A stretch of DNA of 63,405 bases, the filler included. It is 9 parts of 9 records of this genome, joined end to end, with 100 filler letters (N's around TTAATTAATTAA, not from the genome) between each part and the next. Parts side by side here need not be neighbours in the genome. Positions count along the whole stretch, not along the records: positions 7,433 to 17,223 come from SRR31147125_12555; positions 17,324 to 25,955 come from SRR31147125_12590; 7 more parts are not named here. One strand, written 5' to 3'. The stretch's first letter is position 1. Each line of letters opens with the position of its first letter. Positions 9,934 to 20,300 of this stretch are shown here, one piece after another. Under the pieces are notes generated by a model, which saw nothing but the letters and a program-made list of their open reading frames with translations, was not told the origin of the DNA and did no database searches. A program made the position numbers and the translations under genes.

Positions 9934-10623
9934 TTAAGCCGATTCCTCACTCTTCTCACTCGGCCGGTACCGCTCAATAACCTTTTTGAATTTTTCCAGA
10001 TCACCCTCCGCACCGGAGAACATAGCTGTAAAATCGTCATTCCCAAAATATGCCGCTCGTTGCTGAGTTGTAATCTTTGATTTTTTACATTGCACCCAGA
10101 TTGAAGCCCATGCCTGAAAAATACAGAGAGCAACCAGTATCCAAAAGGAGTTCTCCGGCGCTAAAGCCTGGCTCGAAGTCCCGATATGCTCGCGAAGAAT
10201 CGTCACAAAAATCGTTATGCCCAGGAAACAGGCCATCGGAATTGTGTAATAGTAGGTCATCCACCGCGACATCCCCTTGCCTTCTGCCGAACACATCATC
10301 ATGGTTCTAATTGGCGGCATTTGAGGGTTGTCATGTTCCCACTTCAGACCCACCAGGAATACCGAGTTCAACAATCGCTGATAAACCAGCTGATCATTAA
10401 TCCATAACAGCAAAAGACCGATGGTGGCCATTAAACTCACGAGTCCAACCAGAACCGCACTTGGAACCAACCAAGTTGAATCTTCGCTGATTTTTATCAG
10501 AACCGCGATGGCCGCGAAAGCCGCAAGAATCCAAGTCGAAGCCCGGTTGCGGATTCCAGCCTGGATCGTGTTGAAGTGACGCTCCGACTCAACAAATTTC
10601 CAATATTCCTCTTTTGAATCCAT
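9934..10623 (-). CDS. Hypothetical membrane protein (about 4 TM segments)
   Basis: 229-aa ORF with four hydrophobic stretches; GGAG SD upstream. Confidence 0.75.
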   Translation of the reverse strand: MDSKEEYWKFVESERHFNTIQAGIRNRASTWILAAFAAIAVLIKISEDSTWLVPSAVLVGLVSLMATIGLLLLWINDQLVYQRLLNSVFLVGLKWEHDNPQMPPIRTMMMCSAEGKGMSRWMTYYYTIPMACFLGITIFVTILREHIGTSSQALAPENSFWILVALCIFQAWASIWVQCKKSKITTQQRAAYFGNDDFTAMFSGAEGDLEKFKKVIERYRPSEKSEESA

Positions 10624-10715
10624 GGTCTAAATCTCCATTCGGGAAATTCTGTTGAAAGTATTAAAGAGCTCTTTACCTTCGATCACAAGAATGGGCATGT
10701 TTGCCATTTACCTCA

Positions 10716-11843
10716 TCACCAACTCTCTTTTTTCGGCTGGAGAGGAATCAGCTCATATTCACGACTCCCAAGTCCTATCTTTTCAGCATGCTCCAGAGTG
10801 ATATTTCCATCGATAAGCGGATGCACCCCCCTGAATTTATCGCCACCCGGTTCATGCCCTTTCTTTAAAGCGGTTCCCGGCAGACCCTGGGCCTGGTTGA
10901 CCAGATCGAGGCAAGCCTGGTCGACGGCCACCGGGTCGGTTGAGGCGAGGATGCCGATATCCGGAACGATCGGGGCGTCGGAATGGCCGTAGCAATCGCA
11001 GTCCGGTGAAACCTGCATGACAAAATTGACGTGCAACGATTTTTCCTTTTTACCTTCCAGCGCTCCGACAGCATACTCGGCCATTTTTTTCATGACCATC
11101 GGCGCACTCTGGTTCCACTGAATCTGGATCGCCCTCTCAGGACAGGCCGTAATGCAGCGACTGCAACCGACGCACTTCTCGTCAATAATCCGGGCCTTAC
11201 CCTCGGCAAACTCGATGGCGTCATGAGCGCAGGCTTTCAGGCAAGCCCCACAACCGGTGCAGAGTTCCACCGCAACCTTCGGCGCAACGCTGGAGTGCTG
11301 CTCCATTTTCCCTTCCCGGCTGCAGCAGCCCATGCCGAGGTTCTTTACCGCGCCACCAAAGCCGGTGAGTTCATGGCCCTTGAAGTGGGAAACGATCACC
11401 ATGGCATCCGCCTCCAGGATTTCCAGTCCGATATCGACGGTTTTAAGAATTTCCCCGTTGACTTCGACCCGCCTGGCGGAATGCCCGCGCAATCCGTCGC
11501 ACATGACCAGGGGAGCGCCGACCACGGCATAAGCCAGGCCGTTTTCAATACCGCACCTCAAAGCCGAGACGGCTTCTTTCCGTTCGCCGGGGTAGAGCGT
11601 GGACGAATCGGTGACAAAGGGCCTCGCATCCAGTTCCTTGAGGCGCTCGACAACGCTGCGAAGGAACGTCGGCCGCACAAAAGCGTGCCCCCCTTTTTCA
11701 CCGAAGTGCGTTTTAACTGCGACCAAATCCCCTTGGAGGATAATATCCGCCAATCCCGCGTCGTTCAGAAGCCTGACCAGTTTAGTGTGTAGATTTTCAT
11801 TGTGTCCTGAACGCATGTCGGAAAAATAAACCTTTGAAGACAT
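10716..11843 (-). CDS. DUF362-domain protein with a 2x[4Fe-4S] ferredoxin insert
   Basis: VAVKTHFGE, SHFKGH, GGAVKNLGMG, CTGCGAC...C, CVGCSRC...CP, CDC and DPVAVDQA. Confidence 0.92.
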   Translation of the reverse strand: MSSKVYFSDMRSGHNENLHTKLVRLLNDAGLADIILQGDLVAVKTHFGEKGGHAFVRPTFLRSVVERLKELDARPFVTDSSTLYPGERKEAVSALRCGIENGLAYAVVGAPLVMCDGLRGHSARRVEVNGEILKTVDIGLEILEADAMVIVSHFKGHELTGFGGAVKNLGMGCCSREGKMEQHSSVAPKVAVELCTGCGACLKACAHDAIEFAEGKARIIDEKCVGCSRCITACPERAIQIQWNQSAPMVMKKMAEYAVGALEGKKEKSLHVNFVMQVSPDCDCYGHSDAPIVPDIGILASTDPVAVDQACLDLVNQAQGLPGTALKKGHEPGGDKFRGVHPLIDGNITLEHAEKIGLGSREYELIPLQPKKESW

Positions 11844-12037
11844 CTTTTTCTCCTCTCTTTTTCAAATAACTCTACAACAAAGCGCCGGAAAATAATGGCC
11901 CGAAAACTTTAAAATCTCCGGCGCCTGTCAAATTTTGCCACTCTGTTTAAGTTTATTAATGTTTTTATGCCGACACATGGGAATTTCAGTGAAAGATGAT
12001 ATCATAAAGAATATGTTTTTTGAAAAGGAGGGATAAA

Positions 12038-13078
12038 TTGGATCAGAAACAGCGATTTCAACTTCTGCAGAGAGCCCGCCTGAAAAGCATCCTGAAAAAA
12101 AGCACCATTTTTCTAATTGTCGGTGTTCTCCTTTATTATGGTATCGCACTGGTTTACGCCACCAAAACCATTTACAAAGTCCGCTTCAATTACGCCGTAG
12201 TCCTGGAGGACCTCGCCGGCAAACGACGGGTCGTGGACGATGTCGGCTGGCATATCCGACCTCCTTTCTTTTCACGCCTCGAACTGGAAGTTCCGCTGAT
12301 GAACCAGGAGCTTTATCTCGGCGGCGACCCCCAGGAGCAGAGGATCATTTCCAGGGGAAATGTCGCTCTTTGGGCCAGCGCCATGCTGACCTACCGCATC
12401 ACCAACCTGAAAAGATGGGGCATTGAAAACCGTGACCCCAAACAATTGTTCCAGAATGATTTCGACGGCATGGTCAAGGACGTGATGCAGGGAAAATCGA
12501 TCAATGAACTGATTTCCCAGCGCCAGGCCCTCAAGGAAGAGATCTACCAGATTCTCAAAAAAGACCCCATCAATGTCGGCGGACCGACCATGGAAGATAA
12601 ATACGGTGTCGAGATCATTTCGTTTGTTCTGCGCAATACCCGCTTCGGCGATAAACTAGCCGAGGCAAGTGAGGAAAAGAAGCGCCGCGAAATGATTGCC
12701 GAAGCTGAGAACTACGCGGCTGATCAGGAGGCCAGCAGGATCCGCAAACTGTATGCGGCTTATCGTGATTCCATCCGCGATTTCAGAAACGCTCTGGGCT
12801 TTAATCAACAGAATGATCAAGTCCTCCTCGATTTTTTGAATCAGCAGAAGTGGGCAACCGCTTACGAAAAAAACCAGCACGGGCAGAACACCTTTGTCCT
12901 GAACAATACCGCGGGAAGTCCTCCCATCGTTCTTCCCGCGCCAACTGCTTCGACTGGGATCGAACCGCCTGAGTCAGGAAACAATGGAGCCACTGGAAAC
13001 CAGGTCGTACCGGGTCCAACCCTGACGGAAGCCCTGAAAAAATATCCCTGGACCCAACAGCAAAACGCAAACAAGTAA
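12038..13078 (+). CDS. SPFH/band-7 (HflK/HflC-like) membrane protein
   Basis: AAGGAGG SD before TTG at 12038; single N-terminal TM; GWHIRPPF, YRI, INELISQR and YGVEIISFVL match SPFH; C-terminal coiled coil and Pro-rich tail. Confidence 0.8.
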   Translation: MDQKQRFQLLQRARLKSILKKSTIFLIVGVLLYYGIALVYATKTIYKVRFNYAVVLEDLAGKRRVVDDVGWHIRPPFFSRLELEVPLMNQELYLGGDPQEQRIISRGNVALWASAMLTYRITNLKRWGIENRDPKQLFQNDFDGMVKDVMQGKSINELISQRQALKEEIYQILKKDPINVGGPTMEDKYGVEIISFVLRNTRFGDKLAEASEEKKRREMIAEAENYAADQEASRIRKLYAAYRDSIRDFRNALGFNQQNDQVLLDFLNQQKWATAYEKNQHGQNTFVLNNTAGSPPIVLPAPTASTGIEPPESGNNGATGNQVVPGPTLTEALKKYPWTQQQNANK

Positions 13079-13240
13079 TCGGACGAAAATAAGGAGTTGA
13101 CACCAGATTTCGGACCCGGCAAGGAAAATCAATCCGGTCCGTTAAACCTTATTCGAGTTTTTCCACAACCTGGTAGCGGGGACCCAGCCGGTTGCACTTC
13201 CGGCACCCTCGATAAATCGGAAAGGAGATTCAAGGATAAC

Positions 13241-16200
13241 ATGTCAACCGTGCGCAAAACCAAAACCCCCATCAACGTCCGGCTTTCCGAGAAACGTTTA
13301 CGTCAGATCCAGAATCTGGTTGAAAGCTGGAATTATGAAACCCGCAGTTTCGTTCTTCAGCGCCTGAGACAATACCATCCCAAGCCTTCTCTTTTCAGAT
13401 TCATCCGCATTCTCCTTCGCCGCATGCTCCAACCATCAGAACGCCGCTTCCATATGCTTCGCAATCCCGAATCTCTGAGCGACTGGCATCGGCGCATGGA
13501 GATTTCAGGCTCCCCCAGCGCTTCGGCGGCATGGAACAAAATATTGGAACGGGAGCTCGACCGCCACGACTACTACTATCTGACCTATCTTCTTGAACGG
13601 GAAACCGCCGATATTTACGTCCCCCAGTACCTACGGGACTTTTTTGAAAAAATCTATCATGCTCATGTCCTGAAAGAATACTCTGAGGACAGCTCCATTC
13701 CACGCTCGCTGGTTTTGATTATCGGATCTTCAGGCAGCGGGAAAAGCGCCACACTCACCCAGGCCTTGGAAGAAACCATTTTTTCCATGGAAGTGCGCCC
13801 CACCATCGATCTGAAAGCCAAAAAGGAAGAGGTTCTTAAGGAGCAACCAATCTGGAAAGGGCTGGAAGAGGTCGACCCGGAACTGGCAGCTGAAATTGAA
13901 AGACGCCGCAAGGTTGAACAGCTGAAATTTCTCTCGCGACTTCCGGTCATAAAATATTTGTACCGGCAGCGGGTGGCCCAGGCCCTCTCGTCACTGGAAG
14001 AAAAAGGGATTCTGGTCGATTATGCCCAGATCACACCCAACGACTTTCAGACCGCCTGGGCCGGCGAACCGGGCAACCGCCTGCGCAAAGCCATGGGTGA
14101 AGCGGATCAACCCTGCATTCGTCATCTCGAAGAAGCCCACTCGGCATTCGGCCGCCTTGATCAGACCAGTTCCGTCAAAAGTCAGCAGGCAACCCTGGTG
14201 GACACCGCCAATATCCTGCTCGATGAAATTTCCCAGGGCAAGCGGGATTGCCTTCTTATCGCCACAACGGACCAGCCTGAGCAGTTCGAGCCATCTATCT
14301 ACAGGCGTTTTGTGGAGCGTGGACAGATCATCGACATCAATGACCTCTGGCAGCACCCTGAAAACCTCAAGGAAGTGGTTCGTCTCGAGCTGCGCCGCAG
14401 CAACTTTTTCCTCGCCACTTCAGATGAAAAGGAGGAAATCAATCAGGAAGTCCTGCTCGATGAGACGATCGAAAAAGTTCTGCCGATCTTCCACGAGCGC
14501 ACCCTGCGGATGACCCCTGCTTACCTGCGCCGGCTTATCGGTTCGATTATCGCCCTGAAAAAAGATTTTCATCCCAGCTACCTGGATGATCAGTTCCTGG
14601 TCCGGGATGCCTTCAAGGCGGTTGCCAAAAACGTCTACGGCTCACTGTACAAAAAAGTCATCGGCCGCATGGAGCGCGATGTGCACTGGCAGGACTACAT
14701 CGGGTCCATCAAGGATGAGTTTTCAGAGATGGCCAACAATTCTCTTTTTTACAGCGTCCAGGATGAAAAGGGCGTTGTCCTCTCCGGCCCCCCGGTTCGG
14801 GAAAAACCTACATGGTAAAAGCCTGGCTGGGGGAAAACACCGAGGTCCAGGATATTCTGGTCTACATGAATGATCTGAGCGATCCCGCGAATCCCTATGA
14901 GGGATTGGTGGAAAACCTGGAGCGCGTATATGACATTGCCAAGATGATCTCACCCAGCCTGGTCTTTTTCGATGAAGGGGACGCCATTGCCCCGCGCCGT
15001 TCCCAACAGGGGGAACGCCCTATGATAAAGTGACCAACAAGTTTCTCTCCATCATCGACGGCGAAGCGCCTCTCCACCATGTGTTTACCGTTTTGACGAC
15101 CAACCGCCTAGACATCCTCGATCCGGCCTTGATCCGCTCCAAGCGACTGAAGGTGTTGAACGTCTCCGGTCAGATGCGGGAAGAGGATTCGGTAAGAATT
15201 CTGCGTAAAGAGATAAAGGATATTCCGCTTGAGGAAGGCCTTAATCATGAGGAAATGGTCCGCATCGCCCGCGGCCTGTGCGACACTCCGGCTGATTTTA
15301 CCGCTTACGCCGAAAAAGTCCGCAGCCTGCGGCAAACCGAAGTCGAGGTCCTGGGCCAGCTTGCCAAAGCCATTGCCGGTACTGAAGAGGAGCGCATGCG
15401 TTTTGTCCGCTTCAACCACAAGACCCTTCTCAGTCTGCTGGAAGGAGTCCCCCACCCTACAAACCTGATCGCAAAAGCGCGCCGCAGCGAAGAGGACATG
15501 CTGAAATGCCTGGATGAAGTCGCCAAGCAACTGCAGGAACTCAGTCAAAAGGGCGGCTATCCGGTCACTCGAAGACATCTGATTAACGCCAGACATCAAC
15601 TGGGTCGCAGTCCGACCCGAAAAGGCAAACAGCAGCTTGACCGCTTTCTCGAAACAGAGCTTTCGGTGGAACCTCAGGTCGGTTTTGTCGTCGGCGTCGG
15701 CGCCAATGATGCTTCCGGAGTTTTGCTCCCTATTGCTTCGTCCCTTGTCTACCGTGTTTTTTCGGAAAAAATTGTCGTCACGGGCGCGGTGTCGACGACA
15801 GCACCCGGCGCAGCTGAAATGGATATGGCCGTACAGATGACTCGCCAGAGCGCCCAGGAGGCACTGACCCTGACGGAAAATTACCTGCAGTCCCTCTGTC
15901 CCACACTGAACATCTCACGGATTCTGGGTGAATATCTTGAAGGCTACTCTCTGCACCACCAACTTCTCAGCGCTTCCTATACAGTCGGAGGGCCATCCGC
16001 CGGGTTTGCCCTGGCCATCAACACCCTTTCGGTGCTTCTAAATCTTCCGGTTCTAAACGACTTCGGCATCACCGGAGCGCCCTGGATCAAGGGCGCACAA
16101 AAAGATGAGGTCGGCGCTTCGGTCATCATAGGCGGTCATCGCCGCAAAACCGAAAAAGTGCTTCAATACCTCCCTCGCATGTATATGCCGACCCAGAATT

Positions 16201-16649
16201 ATGAGGATATGGAACCCGAAATTCTTAAAGCTTACCGGATCGAAGGCAAAGAGATTCGCGGCGTACGCAGTTTTTCAAACCTGGTTCAGGAAGTCTTCTT
16301 TTTCGGCGATGAACATTTTCAGCGTCTCGATAAATTTCTCAATGAAAGACTCGAATACGACCTCAAAGAGCACCCGGAAAACGGCGACAATCCGGAAGAA
16401 GCCCGGCTGGCCGATGAAGAGAGCAGGTTGCGGCGCGTTGCTGAGGAGGAAATCCGCCGCCGCATGATGATTATCAGCGACTATGTGACCGGAGACAATA
16501 AATCCAGGGACTATTCAAGCCTGGAAACAGCTTTCAGCAATTTGGCCAAAGGTGAAGCGAAATCCGGCATCCCATCCCGCAGAACTGACACCAGCTCGGA
16601 AAAAAGAACCCTAAAGAAAGAGTCTTTGCCGGCAAAAAATGTCCTTTAG
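13241..16649 (+). CDS. Tandem classical AAA ATPase fused to a Lon (S16) protease domain; two 1-bp frameshifts
   Basis: D1 GSSGSGKS / HLEEAH / IATTD..IYRRF; D2 GPPGSGKT (after +C at 14788-14793) / VFFDEGDAIAPRR / TTNRLDILDPALIR (after +G at 15009-15013); Lon domain GGPSAG, GITG, IGGHRRK; about 1136 aa reconstructed. Confidence 0.85.
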
Positions 16650-16739
16650 AGTAGTTGCGAAAACAGCTTCTATCCTTTAAACTGTAGTCATTTCATTTGC
16701 TTTTAAAAACAAACCGTCTTTAAATTGAGGGAGGCAAGA

Positions 16740-16898
16740 ATGGACAAATATCGTTGTGTCGTGTGTAATTATATTTATGATCCGGCCGAAGGTGATCCGG
16801 ATGCGGGCATTGCCCCTGGAACCGCTTTTGAAGATATTCCGGAAGATTGGGTTTGTCCTCTCTGCGGCGCGGATAAAAGCAATTTTGAAAAAGCCTGA
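16740..16898 (+). CDS. Rubredoxin (52 aa, missing from the ORF track)
   Basis: [59 protein letters not shown]. Confidence 0.97.
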   Translation: MDKYRCVVCNYIYDPAEGDPDAGIAPGTAFEDIPEDWVCPLCGADKSNFEKA

Positions 16899-16911
16899 TT
16901 GAGGTCAAATT

Positions 16912-17100
16912 ATGGACCGGCAACCCTTTGTGGATCAGGAAGCTTGTATAAGCTGTCATTTTTGTGTGGACACGGTTCCGGAAGTTTTTCGCATGAACGA
17001 AGACAATTCCGCGGAGGTTTATAATCCTTCCGGAGCTCCCAAAATAAAAATCATTGAAGCTATTGAGGGATGCCCGGTTTCGTGCATCCATTGGGATTAG
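16912..17100 (+). CDS. Single-cluster ferredoxin
   Basis: CISCHFC...CPVSCI; GAGG SD. Confidence 0.93.
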   Translation: MDRQPFVDQEACISCHFCVDTVPEVFRMNEDNSAEVYNPSGAPKIKIIEAIEGCPVSCIHWD

Positions 17101-17223
17101 TCCATTTACCCGGATTATTCATGAAAACTTTTACTGCAACCGTCAATTGCACACCATCTCAGACCGTGCTCACTCCTTGCTCTTCGACGTACAGAAAGTA
17201 CGCCTGCATCGCGCGTCACTGTG

Positions 17224-17323
17224 NNNNNNNNNNNNNNNNNNNNNNNNNNNNNNNNNNNNNNNNNNNNTTAATTAATTAANNNNNNNNNNNNNNNNNNNNN
17301 NNNNNNNNNNNNNNNNNNNNNNN
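17224..17323. other. Artificial contig spacer
   Basis: Same N/TTAATTAATTAA/N linker. Confidence 0.98.
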
Positions 17324-20300
17324 ATCATCAAACACAGTAGCAGCACTCGGGCGGCTGACGGACCTGTGCAAGTCCTGCAAACAATCCTCCCATCATTTTG
17401 TAGTCCATTCCCTCGGAACAATTGTAGACCTTGCAGGGTGTGAACACACACGTACCCACCCACACCACCCCTATGGAGGCGTACCACACACTGCCTCCCG
17501 AGTGCCTTAGCAAGATCCTTTACAGTTTCCGTTTTACCCGTTCCGGCAGGCCCAGCAGGGGATCCGCCCAAGTGAAGCCGCAACGCACTCGTCAGGGTAA
17601 GATCTGTACCATCAGAGTTAAGGTACAGTTGGAGTGGAACACGAAACGGGATACAGCATCGGTCTGTCAGAGGTGTCACCACAAGACGTGTTGTAGCTCC
17701 CAGATACTCATGCCCGTAGAGGAAGCGTGAATTTGTTTGCTGAACGATACAATCGTCTTCATCCATGTCCCAGTAGAACCTTGAATCCCACCACCCAAAG
17801 TCAGAGAAACCCAATCCCCTCTCTCCACCCTGTCTCCTTCCACACGGACCTTAGTTGTTGGAGCCACTGGAAGTCCGTTTCCGTCGATACCTTGCTTTTA
17901 ATCAAGTGATCAATGATATCACGGGCGTGTACATCAATAGTGATCAACGTCACCAGGGCACAACGTTGCAGACTCGTAATATCCTTGCGCACAAGAGACG
18001 CAAGACCATTGAGCTGTTCCACGCACTTCTCTTTCATCTCCCCCAGAGCGTCAAGCGGGTCATCGGCGCTCAGGCATTGCGTTACGTCGCGGCACCAGTA
18101 GATTTGTGAACCTGTAAGAACCACTTGTGCAGGATACTCGAGCACCCATTGTTCACGTTCGACCTTTTCATACCTGAGAAGGAACGCAAGGTTAAGGAAC
18201 CCGCTTGGGCGTGCGTGGCAAGGGGAACGGATACTCCATAACAGCCGTGCGCAGGATTTTTCGCAGGCTTTGCATCATGCTCTGTTCAACCGCTGCAAGC
18301 CATAACTCCACATTGCCCCTTGCCTTCAAATTCTTGCCCAGAGACACACGCTCGCCCTCCGCTGAAATCATTGCCAGGATATCCACGCTGCGAGGATCAT
18401 TTCCAAAGTCCAACGAGACGATATCTGTAGAAGGTTAAGCAGGACAACCCAACCCAGAGAGGACAATTGAAAGAGGGGATACTGTCAAAACATTTGCGCA
18501 GATGGGGCTGCACAGCTTGGGCATTCTTGCTCTGGGCTAGAATTTCCAACAACTCATCATTAGAAAGGAAGTAAAAACGTGGGAACTTGTTGCGCTTTGT
18601 CTCGAGGTAATCTTCAAGATTCTTCTGCACCTTATCCAGTTGTTCATTGTTCTTACGGAGCGCATCCAAGAGACCGGGAATCGTTCCTGCCTTCACAGCA
18701 TTCCGGATATCGCTTGTACGCTTCATGATCTCTGAAAGACAATCAGAGGAACACACACCAGAAATCCACACACCCTTCCATGACTTGTCCACCGCAAAGA
18801 ACAATTTCGCCTCCACGGGAAGCTGTCGTTGAATGTCGAGAGCGGTGAAGATGCTTTCCAAGTACAACCAATTCTTCTGACAGGTCATCAACTCTTCCAT
18901 GGTTCCAGAAAAGAGTGACAGGTTCTTTTCCCACTCCTCTACCGTCTGTGCGCGAAACCCAGTGTTAACTCATCATCTCTCTCCGTTTGAGAGAAGGCAA
19001 TACCTTACGAATTGGTTCCACGTAACGTGAAGCGGCAATGGTTGCCACAGTTACCTGGCTATCATCCAATAACGCCATGATATCTTCCGAGTTTGTCACG
19101 ATATAGCCGTCCTGTGAATCCTTGTGCGCCACGACATTGATCTCCGTCTGAGCCCAGGTGCGTGTCACCTTTCCGAACAACTCCTCCAAGGCAACCTCTT
19201 GGGAGGCCTCGTTGGCCACCATTCCGATACTGTCTCGAACTTGGTGCGGCAGATACATGTCAAAAAAAAAAGAAGAGGTCCTTGACCCACAGAACGTACA
19301 TGTGAGGAACTTGAGTCGAAACAGGTTTCCAACTGTGAAACCCTTGTCCCGGAAGACATCTTCACCCAGAACCACATTGAGCTTCTCCCAGTGACGCGCT
19401 TGTAGAGCAGGATTCCGTAGATCTGATAATACGGGAACCGCGTTCTGATAATCCATCCCATGAGAATGAGTGAGTCGGGCCGCACACAAACACGCACCTT
19501 GAAATCACTGATCAAGGCTCGAAGACGCGAGACAATGATATTGGGGGGCAGAGCTCGTTCAAGTGCAAGAACCTGCTTCAAGTAACTCTGGACACTTGTC
19601 TCCACGGCCCCCATGTCCACGGTCTGGAGGGGTGTCTCCTTCCATTGTGCAGTGATCTCTTCCCAATCGTTAAACGTAGTCCATAACTTGCTCTTGAGTG
19701 TCAAATCGGAGACCACTTCTTCAAGCTCCTCATATTTCGTGACAGGAACCCCCAAGATCTCCTGGTATTCGCCAAATTTGGCGGCATCGGCGGATAAACG
19801 GTCCACTTCGTTTTGGATTCCCTGAAGAAAGTCCAACACCTCACACAGTTGCGATTCACCCGAAAGGATCTGTTCAGAAGTAAAGGGGAGAAACGAAAGC
19901 GCTTCATCTATCGAATGGATACAATTGGATGTTGAATCTTCTGTTTGAGCTCGGCAATGGAAATGTTAAGCTTTCCAATGTTCGTTTCAAGTTGGGCCAC
20001 GAATTTTTGCGCGACTGTGAGAGATGTAAGGCACACACACAAACATGAAAAGGAAGAAGGTTCGATGGATACTCTCATCCTTGGCACCCTCGGAATAGTT
20101 CAAAGACGCTTTCAGTTGTGTCAATGTTGGGATAAGGCGTTGGAAGTCATGGTACTCGGACATCATCACCTTGATCTGGTGGAGAGTCAAAACCTCATGA
20201 ACAGGACGGGGCGACTCATACCTTATTCTCCTCCATGAGCTTATAGAAGTCTGTAACCATGCCAACCTTTTCCTCGAGATCAGGCAACTCTCCGGTCATA

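Noticed and set aside
7444-10623. Integron cassette array belonging to the intI at 26056
   Set aside because: It lies on a different contig, and no RYYYAAC...GTTRRRY attC structure was seen in the spacers.
11031-11792. Long antisense ORFs (also 27309-28286, 40048-40872, 43971-44738, 54338-55150)
   Set aside because: They are shadows of well-supported genes on the opposite strand and show no recognisable motifs.
13079-13240. Riboswitch or promoter between SPFH and the protease (hairpins, AGCGGGGACCCA, TTGACA)
   Set aside because: There is only a fragmentary resemblance to the c-di-AMP motif, and the TTGACA has no spaced -10.
14780-15035. Programmed frameshifting generating protease isoforms
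   Set aside because: The first shift falls inside Walker A, and the same indel pattern affects many unrelated genes, so error is more parsimonious. It is not excluded without reads.
17121-17223. Partial ORF MKTFTATVNC... after the ferredoxin
   Set aside because: It is too short and cut by the contig edge to identify.
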